Positions 27,618 through 37,700 of a DNA stretch of 64,000 nt are shown here, in pieces. This DNA is from an uncultured Alphaproteobacteria bacterium (GTDB lineage: Bacteria; Electryoneota; RPQS01). Numbering within the stretch: the first letter of the stretch is position 1; each line of letters starts with the position of its first letter. The stretch is taken from contig CAZPKG010000005.1 of assembly GCA_964587105.1 (NCBI GenBank), forward strand, positions 132,540 through 196,539, read 5' to 3'. The translations under genes and the position numbers were made by a program. Below the pieces are notes generated by a model, which saw only the letters and a program-made list of their open reading frames with translations, had not been told where the DNA came from and made no database searches.

Positions 27618-29126
27618 ATGTCCGAACAAAACGATTCACAAGAACTTTCCGAACTTCTAAGACTACGCCGCGAAAAACTCGATACGCTGCGCAGTCACGG
27701 TGTCAATCCTTATCCCTATTCGTTTGAGAAGACGATTCACATTCCCGAACTGCTGGACAAGTTTGAGAGTGTGCAGGAGTCTGAAGATCATACGGGTCCT
27801 GAATTCGCGATTGCAGGCCGCATTGTATCCGTGAGAATCATGGGCAAGGCGGCTTTTTGTCATATGCGCGACGAATTCGGGCAGATGCAGGTGTATGTTC
27901 AGCGCGACAAGATCGGCGAAGAGGCCTTTGCGCTGTTTAAGCTTTACGATATCTCCGATTGGATCGGCGCTCGCGGAACAGTGTTCCTAACCAAGACAGG
28001 CGAGAAGTCGCTTCGAGCGAGCGAAGTGGTTATGCTCTCCAAGAGCGTCAAACCGCTTCCGGTCGTGAAGCAACAAGGCGATGAAGTGTTCGACGCATTC
28101 TCAGATAAAGAGTCCCGCTATCGCCAACGCTACATTGATTTGGCCGTGAATCCTGAGAATCGCGAAATCTTCAGAGCGCGCGCGAAGATTATTTCGGCGG
28201 TACGAGAGTTTCTGGATGCGCGCGGCTATCTTGAAGTTGAAACGCCGGCTCTTCAGCCGCTCTATGGTGGTGCGCTCGCGAGACCCTTCAGCACTCATTA
28301 CAACGCGCTCGACCGCACGTTTTACATGCGGATTGCTGACGAGTTGTATCTGAAGCGGCTACTCGTGGGCGGGTTTGAAAAAGTTTACGAGATTTGCAAG
28401 GACTTCCGCAACGAAGGTATGGACAGATTCCACAATCCAGAATTCACCATGCTCGAGTTCTACCAAGCCTTTGCGGATTTTGAAATGATTATGAACCTCT
28501 CTGAAGAGATGTTCCGGCACGTGGCGCTGCGCGCACTCGGAACAACGGAGGTGACCTATCAAGGCAAGTCGGTGGATTTCGCAAAGCCGTTTCGACGTGC
28601 GCGTTTTTTTGATTTGTTGAAAGAGGCGACCGGCAAGGATTTGTTGGGGATTCCGCTAAGTGAACTGGGTGAGATTGCAAAATCATTTGAAGTTGAAATC
28701 ACGCGCGAAATGGGCGAAGGCAAGATTTTGGATGAGATGATGAAGACGCTCGTGCGTCCCAAGCTTGTGGAGCCGACCTTTATCTACGATTATCCGCTTT
28801 CGCTCTCGCCGCTCGCAAAGAAGCATCGCACCGACCCAAGATTGGTCGAGCGCTTTCAACCGTTTGCCTTGGGCTTTGAATTGGGCAATGCCTTCTCCGA
28901 GTTGAACGATCCAATCGATCAGCGCGAACGCTTTGAAGCCCAGCGCAAGCTAAAAGAAGCGGGCGACGAAGAGACTCAGCCGATTGACGAGGATTTCCTG
29001 AACGCTCTCGAATACGGTATGCCCCCCACAGGCGGCATGGGCATTGGCATTGATCGTCTAACGATGTTGATGACTGATCAGGATTCGATCAGAGAAGTTA
29101 TTTTGTTTCCGCATTTGAGAAGTTAG
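27618..29126 (+). CDS. lysS: Lysine--tRNA ligase (class II)
   Basis: OB-fold N-terminus. Class II motifs (..FRNEG.., ..GGMGIGIDRL..). Confidence 0.9.
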   Translation: MSEQNDSQELSELLRLRREKLDTLRSHGVNPYPYSFEKTIHIPELLDKFESVQESEDHTGPEFAIAGRIVSVRIMGKAAFCHMRDEFGQMQVYVQRDKIGEEAFALFKLYDISDWIGARGTVFLTKTGEKSLRASEVVMLSKSVKPLPVVKQQGDEVFDAFSDKESRYRQRYIDLAVNPENREIFRARAKIISAVREFLDARGYLEVETPALQPLYGGALARPFSTHYNALDRTFYMRIADELYLKRLLVGGFEKVYEICKDFRNEGMDRFHNPEFTMLEFYQAFADFEMIMNLSEEMFRHVALRALGTTEVTYQGKSVDFAKPFRRARFFDLLKEATGKDLLGIPLSELGEIAKSFEVEITREMGEGKILDEMMKTLVRPKLVEPTFIYDYPLSLSPLAKKHRTDPRLVERFQPFALGFELGNAFSELNDPIDQRERFEAQRKLKEAGDEETQPIDEDFLNALEYGMPPTGGMGIGIDRLTMLMTDQDSIREVILFPHLRS

Positions 29127-29132
29127 CGCTTC

Positions 29133-30350
29133 TTGTCCACCCCATTTTTCATAGCAACACGTTATCTTCGCGCCCGCTCGCATGGCGGGTTTATCTCGTT
29201 GATTACCTATTTATCGGTGGGTGGGGTGACAATTGGCACGGCGGCGCTGATTATTGTGCTGTCGGTGATGAACGGATTTGAAACCGAAGTGCGCGCGCGG
29301 ATTTTGGGTGCGGACGCGCATCTACGACTTGAGACGTTTGATCAGGACGGTTTACCCGCGTGGCAGGACGCAAAGAAGATTGTTCAGGAAGTTCCGGAGG
29401 TAACCGGCGCGTCGCCCTTCATTTTCGAAAAAGGAATGGTGCGCGCGAAGAAGAAAGCCGAGGCGGCGGCCTTTCGCGGTGTGGATGAAACCTCGCTCGC
29501 CGAAGTTTCAGACCTTTCTCAGCACATGAAGTTCGGTAAACTTGAACTAAAACGCGATGGACTGCCCGGAATTGTGTTGGGCAGATTTTTGGCCGAGCGG
29601 CTTGATGTTGTGCCGGGTGACACGGTGGTCGTGTTCTCTCCGGCGGGTGTGACAGGTCCACTCTCAACTCCGCAGGTCAAACAGTTCGTGCTGACCGGAA
29701 CATTTCAAACGGGGCTCTTCGAGTTTGACGACGTGTTGGCCTACCTCGATATTGAGACCGCTCAAAAAGTGTTCTTACGCAAGGACAAAGTTGACGGCCT
29801 TGAAATCAAGATTGCCGATATGTTTGCCGCCGATCAAGTGCGCGATAAGATAGAAACCAAATTCAGCGCGGATTTTTTCGTGCGGACCTGGTATGAGTTG
29901 CGCTCGACCTTGTTTTCATGGATGAAAATCGAGAAATGGATGTGGACGGTAATTCTCTCGATTATTATTATCGTGGCGGCGTTCAACATACTTTCGACCT
30001 TGATAATGGTTTCAATGGAAAAGCGGCGCGATATCGGCATCCTGAAAGCGATGGGGGCGCGTGACAAGGACATTGCGGCGGTGTTTTCGCTGCAAGGATT
30101 GATTGTAGGAGTCAGCGGCGCACTATTCGGAACCGTCTTCGGCTTTGTCATTTGCTTTGGGCAACTTCGATTTAAGTGGATATCGCTTCCTTCAGACATC
30201 TATTTTCTCGATGCACTCCCTGTTAAAATGATGCCGCTTGATTTTGCCATTGTCATTGTCATTGCAATCTTGCTGGCGTATTTGGGATCGCTCTATCCGG
30301 CGCGCAAAGCCTCGATGCTCTCACCCGTTGAGGCGATTCGTGAAGGCTAA
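29133..30350 (+). CDS. Lipoprotein-releasing system permease (LolC/E family, FtsX-like)
   Basis: N-terminal TM helix, MacB-type periplasmic domain, and C-terminal FtsX four-helix bundle. Confidence 0.8.
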   Translation: MSTPFFIATRYLRARSHGGFISLITYLSVGGVTIGTAALIIVLSVMNGFETEVRARILGADAHLRLETFDQDGLPAWQDAKKIVQEVPEVTGASPFIFEKGMVRAKKKAEAAAFRGVDETSLAEVSDLSQHMKFGKLELKRDGLPGIVLGRFLAERLDVVPGDTVVVFSPAGVTGPLSTPQVKQFVLTGTFQTGLFEFDDVLAYLDIETAQKVFLRKDKVDGLEIKIADMFAADQVRDKIETKFSADFFVRTWYELRSTLFSWMKIEKWMWTVILSIIIIVAAFNILSTLIMVSMEKRRDIGILKAMGARDKDIAAVFSLQGLIVGVSGALFGTVFGFVICFGQLRFKWISLPSDIYFLDALPVKMMPLDFAIVIVIAILLAYLGSLYPARKASMLSPVEAIREG

Positions 30351-31818
30351 TCCGGCAGCAGAACAGCAGAATTATCCTGCGTGGCTGGTTGTTGTGATTA
30401 CAGCGGCGGCATTGCTCGCACGTTTGCCGCTGTTAGATTACAGCTTTTACGGCGACGAAGGGTTTTCTCTGCTTCGGGACAGTTCGCAGCTCATTACGAG
30501 CACGGAAGATCGTTTTCGACCGCTGTTCTTCTCTCTCCTGTATATATGGCGGCAACTCGGTTTTGAAGGTGAAATCGGCCTCAGATTGTTGCCGTTGATT
30601 TTTGGCGTCGCGCAGATTCCGCTCGCATTTCTTGTAGGCCGCAAGCTTCGTGACGACCGCTTGGGAGTGCTGCTCGCTGTGCTGACAGCGGCGTCACCGA
30701 TGCTGATTGAGTTTTCGCAGGAATTGCGAATGTACTCGATGGTGGCGGCAATTGCGCTGGCTCAGATTTATGTGATGCTGTTGATGCTTGAGCGGTTCTC
30801 GTGGTGGCGCTGGAGCGCCTTTGTGTTGGTCGCGCTGCTTGGCGTTTACACGCACCTGCTTTATTGGCTATTTTTGATGGGCGTCACGCTGACATTCTTG
30901 CGCGAACGGAAACGACTGTCGATTGTGAAAAGCTGGGGCGCGCTGGCCGCTACCGTCTTGCTCTATTTGCCGAATCTGCCTAATCTGATGCGTTTTCAGG
31001 AGACTCGCGGCGGCGAGTATCAAATGGATTTCATCAGTGCGATCCCAAAGCTCCTTGCGGCATTCACGGTCGGATTCAGTTATTTTGACGTCGGTGAGCA
31101 GGGAGCCGGTCGCGCCGTTGGAATGCAAGAGGTAACTGCAAATCTGCCGCTCGTACTATTGGCGCTTGCAGCGGGCTTGGTAATTGTTTGGAAACTAATC
31201 TGGTTGCACTTGCGTAAAGAGGATCGGAACCTGCTGTGGATTGGCCACGAGCTTTTTACCGTTCCGGTTGTCGTTGCAACTCTGGCCAGCGCTGCGACAG
31301 GGAAGTATTTTTTGCAGCCGAAGTATCTGATTTTCTCCGCACCGTTCGCGATCTTGTTTGTCGCGCTGGCCTTTGATGACCTGCGAAACATCTATGGCAG
31401 AAAGCTAATGGCTGTGCTGGGTTCTCTGATTGCTTTTATTGCCTTGGCTCACTATTGGGAACCTATTGAGCATGGTCGAAAGGAAAATTGGCGGACGGCA
31501 GCCGAAGTACTTTCAACTTCCATAAATGACTCGACTGCATTTGTTGTGCTTCCAGGACATTATCGATTGCTAATCTATTATGCTCCCGGTATTGAGAAAC
31601 AGTGGGAGCAAATTGACGTGCAGGCCGACGCTGCGGCGGCAGAGCGCAGAACAGCGGAGCTTGCCCGGACAAAACGCGACATCTATTATTTGAGACATGA
31701 CGTTGTTCAGAATTTGCGGGATCCTGACGACAAAATGATTGCTGCACTAAGCAGATCAGGCAAACCGCTTTCAGTAACGCAACTAAATCCGCGCTTCAAA
31801 ATATACCGTTGGGGATAA
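30340..31818 (+). CDS. GT-C-type membrane glycosyltransferase (ArnT/PMT-like)
   Basis: Multiple TM helices with a YGDEG motif in the first loop. The start is uncertain; GTG at 30340 overlaps the lolE stop. Confidence 0.5.
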   Translation: MKANPAAEQQNYPAWLVVVITAAALLARLPLLDYSFYGDEGFSLLRDSSQLITSTEDRFRPLFFSLLYIWRQLGFEGEIGLRLLPLIFGVAQIPLAFLVGRKLRDDRLGVLLAVLTAASPMLIEFSQELRMYSMVAAIALAQIYVMLLMLERFSWWRWSAFVLVALLGVYTHLLYWLFLMGVTLTFLRERKRLSIVKSWGALAATVLLYLPNLPNLMRFQETRGGEYQMDFISAIPKLLAAFTVGFSYFDVGEQGAGRAVGMQEVTANLPLVLLALAAGLVIVWKLIWLHLRKEDRNLLWIGHELFTVPVVVATLASAATGKYFLQPKYLIFSAPFAILFVALAFDDLRNIYGRKLMAVLGSLIAFIALAHYWEPIEHGRKENWRTAAEVLSTSINDSTAFVVLPGHYRLLIYYAPGIEKQWEQIDVQADAAAAERRTAELARTKRDIYYLRHDVVQNLRDPDDKMIAALSRSGKPLSVTQLNPRFKIYRWG

Positions 31819-31819
31819 G

Positions 31820-32284
31820 ATGCTGCTCTCGCGACCATCCACTTATGCCATTCGCGCGCTCCTGTATTTGGCCAAACAGGATACAACCGACCCGATTCTT
31901 GCTCCCACGATTGCGAGGGAAGAAAACTTGCCGGCTCCGTTTTTGGCTAAACTATTGCGTACGTTATCCGAAGCAAGGATATTGACGTCGAACCGTGGAC
32001 CGGGCGGAGGCTATCGGTTGGCCAAGACAGCCGATCAGATTTCGTTGCAGGAGGTTTCGGAGTTGTTCGATGGCGTCACATTGGCCAATGAGTGTTTACT
32101 CGGCTATGGAAAGTGCTCATCGACAACACCGTGTCCCGTCCATACGCTGTGGGGGCCGCGCAAGGAATACATGCAGGAGTTTCTGTCCAGCACAACCATT
32201 GCGGGGCTACTTGCGCTCGATTCCAAACGCCTCGCACCAATCATCGACGAACCTCGACGAGGACGGCGACGGAAGAGTAGTTGA
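31820..32284 (+). CDS. Rrf2-family transcriptional regulator
   Basis: Winged HTH (YAIRALLYLAK...) and a Cys triad (C..C.....C) typical of Fe-S Rrf2 regulators. Confidence 0.8.
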   Translation: MLLSRPSTYAIRALLYLAKQDTTDPILAPTIAREENLPAPFLAKLLRTLSEARILTSNRGPGGGYRLAKTADQISLQEVSELFDGVTLANECLLGYGKCSSTTPCPVHTLWGPRKEYMQEFLSSTTIAGLLALDSKRLAPIIDEPRRGRRRKSS

Positions 32285-32351
32285 AAAGTTTAGAGATAAG
32301 AAGGGCTGTGCAAATGCACAGCCCTTCTTACGTACCGAATGATCTTCGAGC

Positions 32352-32870
32352 CTAATTCGCGAGGAAGAAGAAGTAATAGACATTCGCCACAATGGCCAGC
32401 TGACTGGCGACGGACGCGACATCCGAGACCAACTGCCAGGCAGAACCGTGCACGACGATCGTGTCTTCGGGTTTCAAGTCGGGAATCAGCCGTTTGTCGC
32501 CGGTCTTGATGTACTTGCGGACATTGACCGTTATGACGTCTTGCTCGCCTGAATCTTCTTCGCGCACAACTTTGACGTCCGACAATCGCGAACGCGCGCT
32601 CGGGCCGCCGGCCAGAGACATGAGTGCGACAAGATCTGTTTCAGCCGGAACATAGTACTGGCCGGGCCGCTGCACACGTCCCCAGATGTTCACGCGAATC
32701 AGCAGTTCATTGGCTTCATTAAGATAGTACTTGCTGCCTTCGCCAACGCGCTTGACCTGCGGAATTTTGAAAGATGCAGGTCCAACCTGAAGGTCAGATT
32801 GTGCGAACAGGCTGCCGACGGAAAGTGTCAGCAGCAGGAAAAGAAATGAAAACAATCGTGCGAGCCTCAT
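32352..32870 (-). CDS. Polysaccharide-export (Wza/SLBB)-like periplasmic protein
   Basis: Signal peptide. Poly_export/SLBB pattern (LIRVNIWGRVQRPGQYYVP...LMSLAGGPS...VKVVR). C-terminal hydrophobic helix. Confidence 0.5.
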   Translation of the reverse strand: MRLARLFSFLFLLLTLSVGSLFAQSDLQVGPASFKIPQVKRVGEGSKYYLNEANELLIRVNIWGRVQRPGQYYVPAETDLVALMSLAGGPSARSRLSDVKVVREEDSGEQDVITVNVRKYIKTGDKRLIPDLKPEDTIVVHGSAWQLVSDVASVASQLAIVANVYYFFFLAN

Positions 32871-32887
32871 TCGGCCTCCGTTTCGAC

Positions 32888-33712
32888 TCACTCTTGATAG
32901 ATAAATGTTGTGTACATTGCAGATCCGGCCAGCGGAAGGTCGTTTGTTTCCGACGCCGCATAGCTGATCGCATTCAATTGCCAGACATACGTACAGTCGT
33001 GAGTCATCGGGGTGAACGCACCGTTCACACCTATGGTCAACGCATTAGAGTTTTCGTAGAGCTGCACGTCATAATCCCAAATCAATGAATCCACTCCGTA
33101 CCACTCTGAATAGACTCGTATTTTGTAAAATGACAGATACGTACTGGTGCCGCCAATTGGATAATTCCACATGATCTGCGTGTCGTTGCCCGTACCTTGA
33201 ACAGACAGATTGTACGGATTGTAAATCATACGGTAATACACGGAATCGCTCCATTCCGAGCGATTGCCGGCGGTGTCATACGCCTGTACCTGCCACCAGA
33301 AGCCGTGTGTAATTCCTTGATCATCTGGCGCGAGCAGATTCGCTGGGTCGCCAAACTGATCCTCGCCGCGGTCTATCCAAAACAATACATAGTTGTTGGG
33401 TAGTTGGACATTCATGGCCAAGTCGGCAACGATGGGCGCTTCACTCGCGCTTGTCGTCTCAGCCCAGCGGCGCACACGGTAGCCTGCAAGATCGTCTTCA
33501 GGATTGCGATACCACTCGATGCGCGTCCAGTAGTTCCGATCCGTTAGCGTCGGTTCGGCGCGTACTCCCGTTTGAGGATAAATCGCGTCATCGCTGCGCG
33601 GCGCCATGCTCGGTTGCTGAGGCGGAATGTCGTCTCGGCTTTCAGTGTCCTGTCCGCAGCCGACAATCAGCGCAACGACAGAGAAAAGGAACGAGAAATA
33701 TAGATATTTCAT
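32888..33712 (-). CDS. Lipoprotein with Fn3-like domains
   Basis: Lipobox (ALIVGCGQ). W/Y-rich beta-sandwich repeats (..WYRNPEDDLAGYRVRRW..). Confidence 0.45.
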   Translation of the reverse strand: MKYLYFSFLFSVVALIVGCGQDTESRDDIPPQQPSMAPRSDDAIYPQTGVRAEPTLTDRNYWTRIEWYRNPEDDLAGYRVRRWAETTSASEAPIVADLAMNVQLPNNYVLFWIDRGEDQFGDPANLLAPDDQGITHGFWWQVQAYDTAGNRSEWSDSVYYRMIYNPYNLSVQGTGNDTQIMWNYPIGGTSTYLSFYKIRVYSEWYGVDSLIWDYDVQLYENSNALTIGVNGAFTPMTHDCTYVWQLNAISYAASETNDLPLAGSAMYTTFIYQE

Positions 33713-33719
33713 GCGCGCC

Positions 33720-34778
33720 TCACTTAATCTTGATGGACACGCTAACGCGGTGCGTTGTACCCAAGTCACGCGCATAGTAGGCGTAATCCGCGCTCATGCG
33801 CCAAAACATGACCCCTGCACCAGCGGACCACTCGTCATGCCAAAATCCGCCGCGCAGTGCAATGACATTCTCAAAATTATACTCAAGCCCAACGTGGCGG
33901 CGGCGTTCGTACCGCTTTTCCGTTTCATAGGCCAGGGTCATACGGCTGTTGCGTCCCGGCATCTTCTGTTCGAGAGCAACGGAGCTATAGAAGTTCGTCG
34001 GAACGGCATCTTTGACTCCTTCACCCCAATCAAGTTCGGTGCGGGTAAGGTCTTTTACCACAGCTCCGTAACACAACTTGGCGCGCCAATTTTCTAAGAC
34101 GATTTCGTCAAGCGGAAAGCGGAATTGAATTCCTGCATCAGCGCCGATTCCGGTGCCCGAAGATTCACCGAGCTTGTTGTTTAGCAGCTTAAGGTTGACA
34201 CCCACCGGCATTTCCAAGGGAACCGTGAAGTACGACCAGCCGAGATCAAGCGTGAACTGATTGTACTTGGCAAATGTAAAGAAGATTGCGGATTCGGTGT
34301 CCGAGAATAGGCCCGCGGGAGACGCTCCGGTGGCCGCCAGATATTCCTGAACCGAGTTGATGAATATAGTATCGCCATCTACAACCACGAAGCGAAACGC
34401 CGGCGCGCGCGCCAATATTTCAGCGACAGCCAAATCGTAATCGGGATGCTTCTGAATATCCGGCACGCCGAGTCTGACATAGTTAATTGCAAACACGGAT
34501 CCCGTCACAGGGAGCGTGACACCGGTTGACGAGAAATTCGCCAAGCCGTCCCACAGATCGGCATACATTCCCGTCGCCTGAATTCCGGTAACGTAACCCA
34601 TACCTGCGGGATTCCAGTAGAAGCTCGAACCGTCGTAGGTGTGTGCGGCCATCGCGCCACCCATCGCAATTCCGCGCGCACCAACACCGAGTTCGAGAAA
34701 CTCCCCTGCGTACTTCGCGGCATGTGCGGGAATAACGATGATCAACGCAAGAGTGAGGATGCGGATGAGATTCTTCAT
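33720..34778 (-). CDS. porV: PorV-like (FadL/TodX family) outer-membrane beta-barrel; T9SS shuttle protein candidate
   Basis: N-terminus AGEFLELGVGARGIAMGGAMAA..DGSSFYWNPAGMG matches the PorV/LptO and FadL signature (..ARP.AMG.A.....D.SA.YWNPAGL). It ends in an aromatic-rich beta-strand. It lies directly downstream of porU with a 4-nt overlap. Confidence 0.55.
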   Translation of the reverse strand: MKNLIRILTLALIIVIPAHAAKYAGEFLELGVGARGIAMGGAMAAHTYDGSSFYWNPAGMGYVTGIQATGMYADLWDGLANFSSTGVTLPVTGSVFAINYVRLGVPDIQKHPDYDLAVAEILARAPAFRFVVVDGDTIFINSVQEYLAATGASPAGLFSDTESAIFFTFAKYNQFTLDLGWSYFTVPLEMPVGVNLKLLNNKLGESSGTGIGADAGIQFRFPLDEIVLENWRAKLCYGAVVKDLTRTELDWGEGVKDAVPTNFYSSVALEQKMPGRNSRMTLAYETEKRYERRRHVGLEYNFENVIALRGGFWHDEWSAGAGVMFWRMSADYAYYARDLGTTHRVSVSIKIK

Positions 34779-37700
34779 TTGCGCACCTTCGCGATCTTAA
34801 CGGTTTCTTCGATGGTTTGCTCGCCCTGTTTGGCTGTAATACGCGCGAAGTACACTCCATTGGCGACTTCATTTCCGTCGTCGTCACGGCCATCCCACTG
34901 CTGCGTCCGATAGTTTGCGGTGGACCGTTCAGAATCGTGGAGCGTTTTGATGAGTCGTCCCGACACAGTGTAAATCTTGATTTGCGTGAAGTCGTCGGTT
35001 ACGCCGGTCAGAACGTAAGCAATCGTCGTGTTGCTCTCGAACGGGTTAGGATAGTTGATGGCCCATTCAAAACCGAAGTCTCCGCGAACTTCAAACTGCG
35101 TCACATAGGTGGAGGTATTGCCATGATTGTCCGTGGCAAATATCTTGACTTCGTGCTGACCCGTGTCCAAGTCAGGTTCGATCATTGCGGTCAGGCTGGA
35201 ACCTGACGTCGAAGTGTCGTTCCACGCGATCAATTCTTCACGAACAGTATCGCCATCCAGCACGACGTAAAATGCGCCGGGAGTTCGCTGGACTCCGGCC
35301 GCATCTGAGAAGGTGGCAAAGAGTTGAGGATTACGGGGCACAAGCGCGCCTTTGGTGTAGCGCAAACCGCCGACGGCGAGTTCGATATTGGGGCCGCGGC
35401 TGTCAGTTTTCTGGAAGATCCCGATTTCACCCAAGTACGGAATATCTCCCGTAGCTCGCAGGCGCCAGATGATAAACGTGTCAAGCGGAGACGGCTGCGT
35501 CGGCACGGGAAACGCGCGCACAAATCCGATACTGTCGCGGGTGACTTCGTTATTCCTTGCCGCGAGCCAATGGTCGCGAGCGGGATCTTTGACGTAAAGT
35601 TGATAGGGCACAATCGGAACGCGGCTGCGTAATGTATCGCGTCCTTCAATTGAAACCGTGACATGTGCAGTCATGCTGTCCGATAGCGTTGCAACCGTGT
35701 CATCAAACATCGCCTTAAACGTTCCGTACGACCCTTGCGAAAACGGCTGGCGCAAACCCTGCCCCGACAACACGGCAATCTCAGCTTGTGAGTAGGTGCG
35801 TGGCTGAGTGTATCCAATCGCTGCGCTGTCCCGGTCCAGCACGTTTGGCGGAACTTGCAGGTACAGCGTGTCATTCTTCGTCAGCGACCAATAGCGATGC
35901 GGGCCGATTTGGAACGGACGCTCCAGAAAAGTTCCGCGGGGTCTTGAAGCGGGATAATAACTTGGAATTTGCAAAACGAAGTCACGGCGGTTGTTGTTCT
36001 CGCTGGACTCGTCATAGACGCTATCCGGGTCAACGATAACGGACACTTCGTAGCGACCGGGCTGGAAACTCGTGGGAATATACACTCCCTGCTCCGCTTC
36101 GCCGCTGCCAAGTGTGGAAATTGTGCTCTCCACAGTAAATGAATCAAGCACAACCGTGATGGTGTCGCCGCCCGTAATGTAAGTGGAATCTCTATCGGCA
36201 TGAAGCCGCAACTTTACGTCACCGATTGTACCGGTTACGGAGCTTCTTTCAACGCGTACAGGCTGGAAATAATACGGTCTGCGGCCGCCGCTTTCACCGG
36301 GCGACGTCGAAAGCAAGAAGTTGAGGTTGAAGTCAGGCTTCTGTTCCAGCCTTAATGCAAAGTAATCCGACTCATACTCATCTTCGCCAACCGGCTTCAC
36401 AAAGAACTTTACCCGATAGGAGCCGCCCTCAAGCTCATACGGCCCGAGCAAAGCCGGCTCTTGCCAGAAACCGGGATTGACTTGCACCATGTTCAACGTA
36501 TCGAGTCTGATCGGCCCCTGAGCAGGCGTGTAAAGGCCGCGAAAACGCACATACTCGATATTATTCTGATGCAGAATTGTTGCGCCGACCCGGAACGGCA
36601 CACCGTCATAGAGCACCGGGCCGGGAATTGGAGCGACGTCAAAAATCTGTACGGTTTCAAGACTGTCGGCAAGGAAGACCGGGAAGCAACCGATAGCATT
36701 CCGATTGAGAGTCAGGTCTGTCAGATAGACAACAACTTGGCCTCGCGGTGACACAAAACTCGGCGCAGGAATAGGGGGCGAAATCCAGTTGCGGTCAAAA
36801 ACATCATAGAATTCAATATTCTCGGGATCAAATGCCGGCGAATGCACGGAAATAAGGTTTCGGAAAACACGTCCTGACAGCGAATCCAGTCGATATCTGT
36901 ATAGTTCTTCATTGTAGGGAAGAATGTACGCTCTGGTGAGGCTGTCATCCGGTATATCCCACGGTACAGTCAACGACACTTGAAAAGTACTATCGCCGGT
37001 TGTGTCGTGCGGAGTAATGACATTCGTCTCGCCAACAATTTCAGGATCGATCACCTCGCGCGGGACAAATAGCTGAACGCCCGGATCACCAAGCAGGTTC
37101 ATCATCATCATCATCGAGTATGGCGACGTAAACGAAACCGGCGTGTTCAGCGAACTCCAGTAGCGGGTTTTGTTGAGTTGCGTGATTTCACCTAACGTGT
37201 AACCCGGTGGAGCGAGCGCGAAGTCAAACAGCTTTCTCTGCATGGCCTGACCTGCCACGGCCCACCCGACTCCAGATGAACTGTAAAATCCGATGGCTCC
37301 AACAATATCGTTATTATTGTTGCGCGTGAACATAAACGCTTCACCGAGCACGGCGGCTTGACTGCGGTCGTCAAACGCGCCGACATAGCAGGTGAAATTC
37401 GTAATGAACGGAAATGTCTCACGGTTATTCAGCAGTCGCACGCCTGATACGTCGATCAGCTTGCTGCCGGACCACACACCACCACCGCCGTGACCGTTGT
37501 AGTTCACCACAACACATCCGCGACGCAACTCATCACGCAAACGCGTCGGACCCTGTCCGCCGGGAATACTGTCCAGATACAGCCGGGTGACGTTTACACA
37601 TTCATTGTCAACAAGCTGCTGAATAGTCGGCTCAGAAAAACCCGCCGCGAAATTAAACTGATTGTCCGCAACATCCGAAATCATGAGCACGTTGCTTTGA

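Noticed and set aside
3429-29126. Lysine-pathway gene grouping (dapA, dapB, lysC, lysS) as a regulated supra-operon, or a lysine riboswitch
   Set aside because: The genes are separated by unrelated loci. No L-box-like leader is present upstream of dapA (only a 60-nt leader) or upstream of lysC (no intergenic space).
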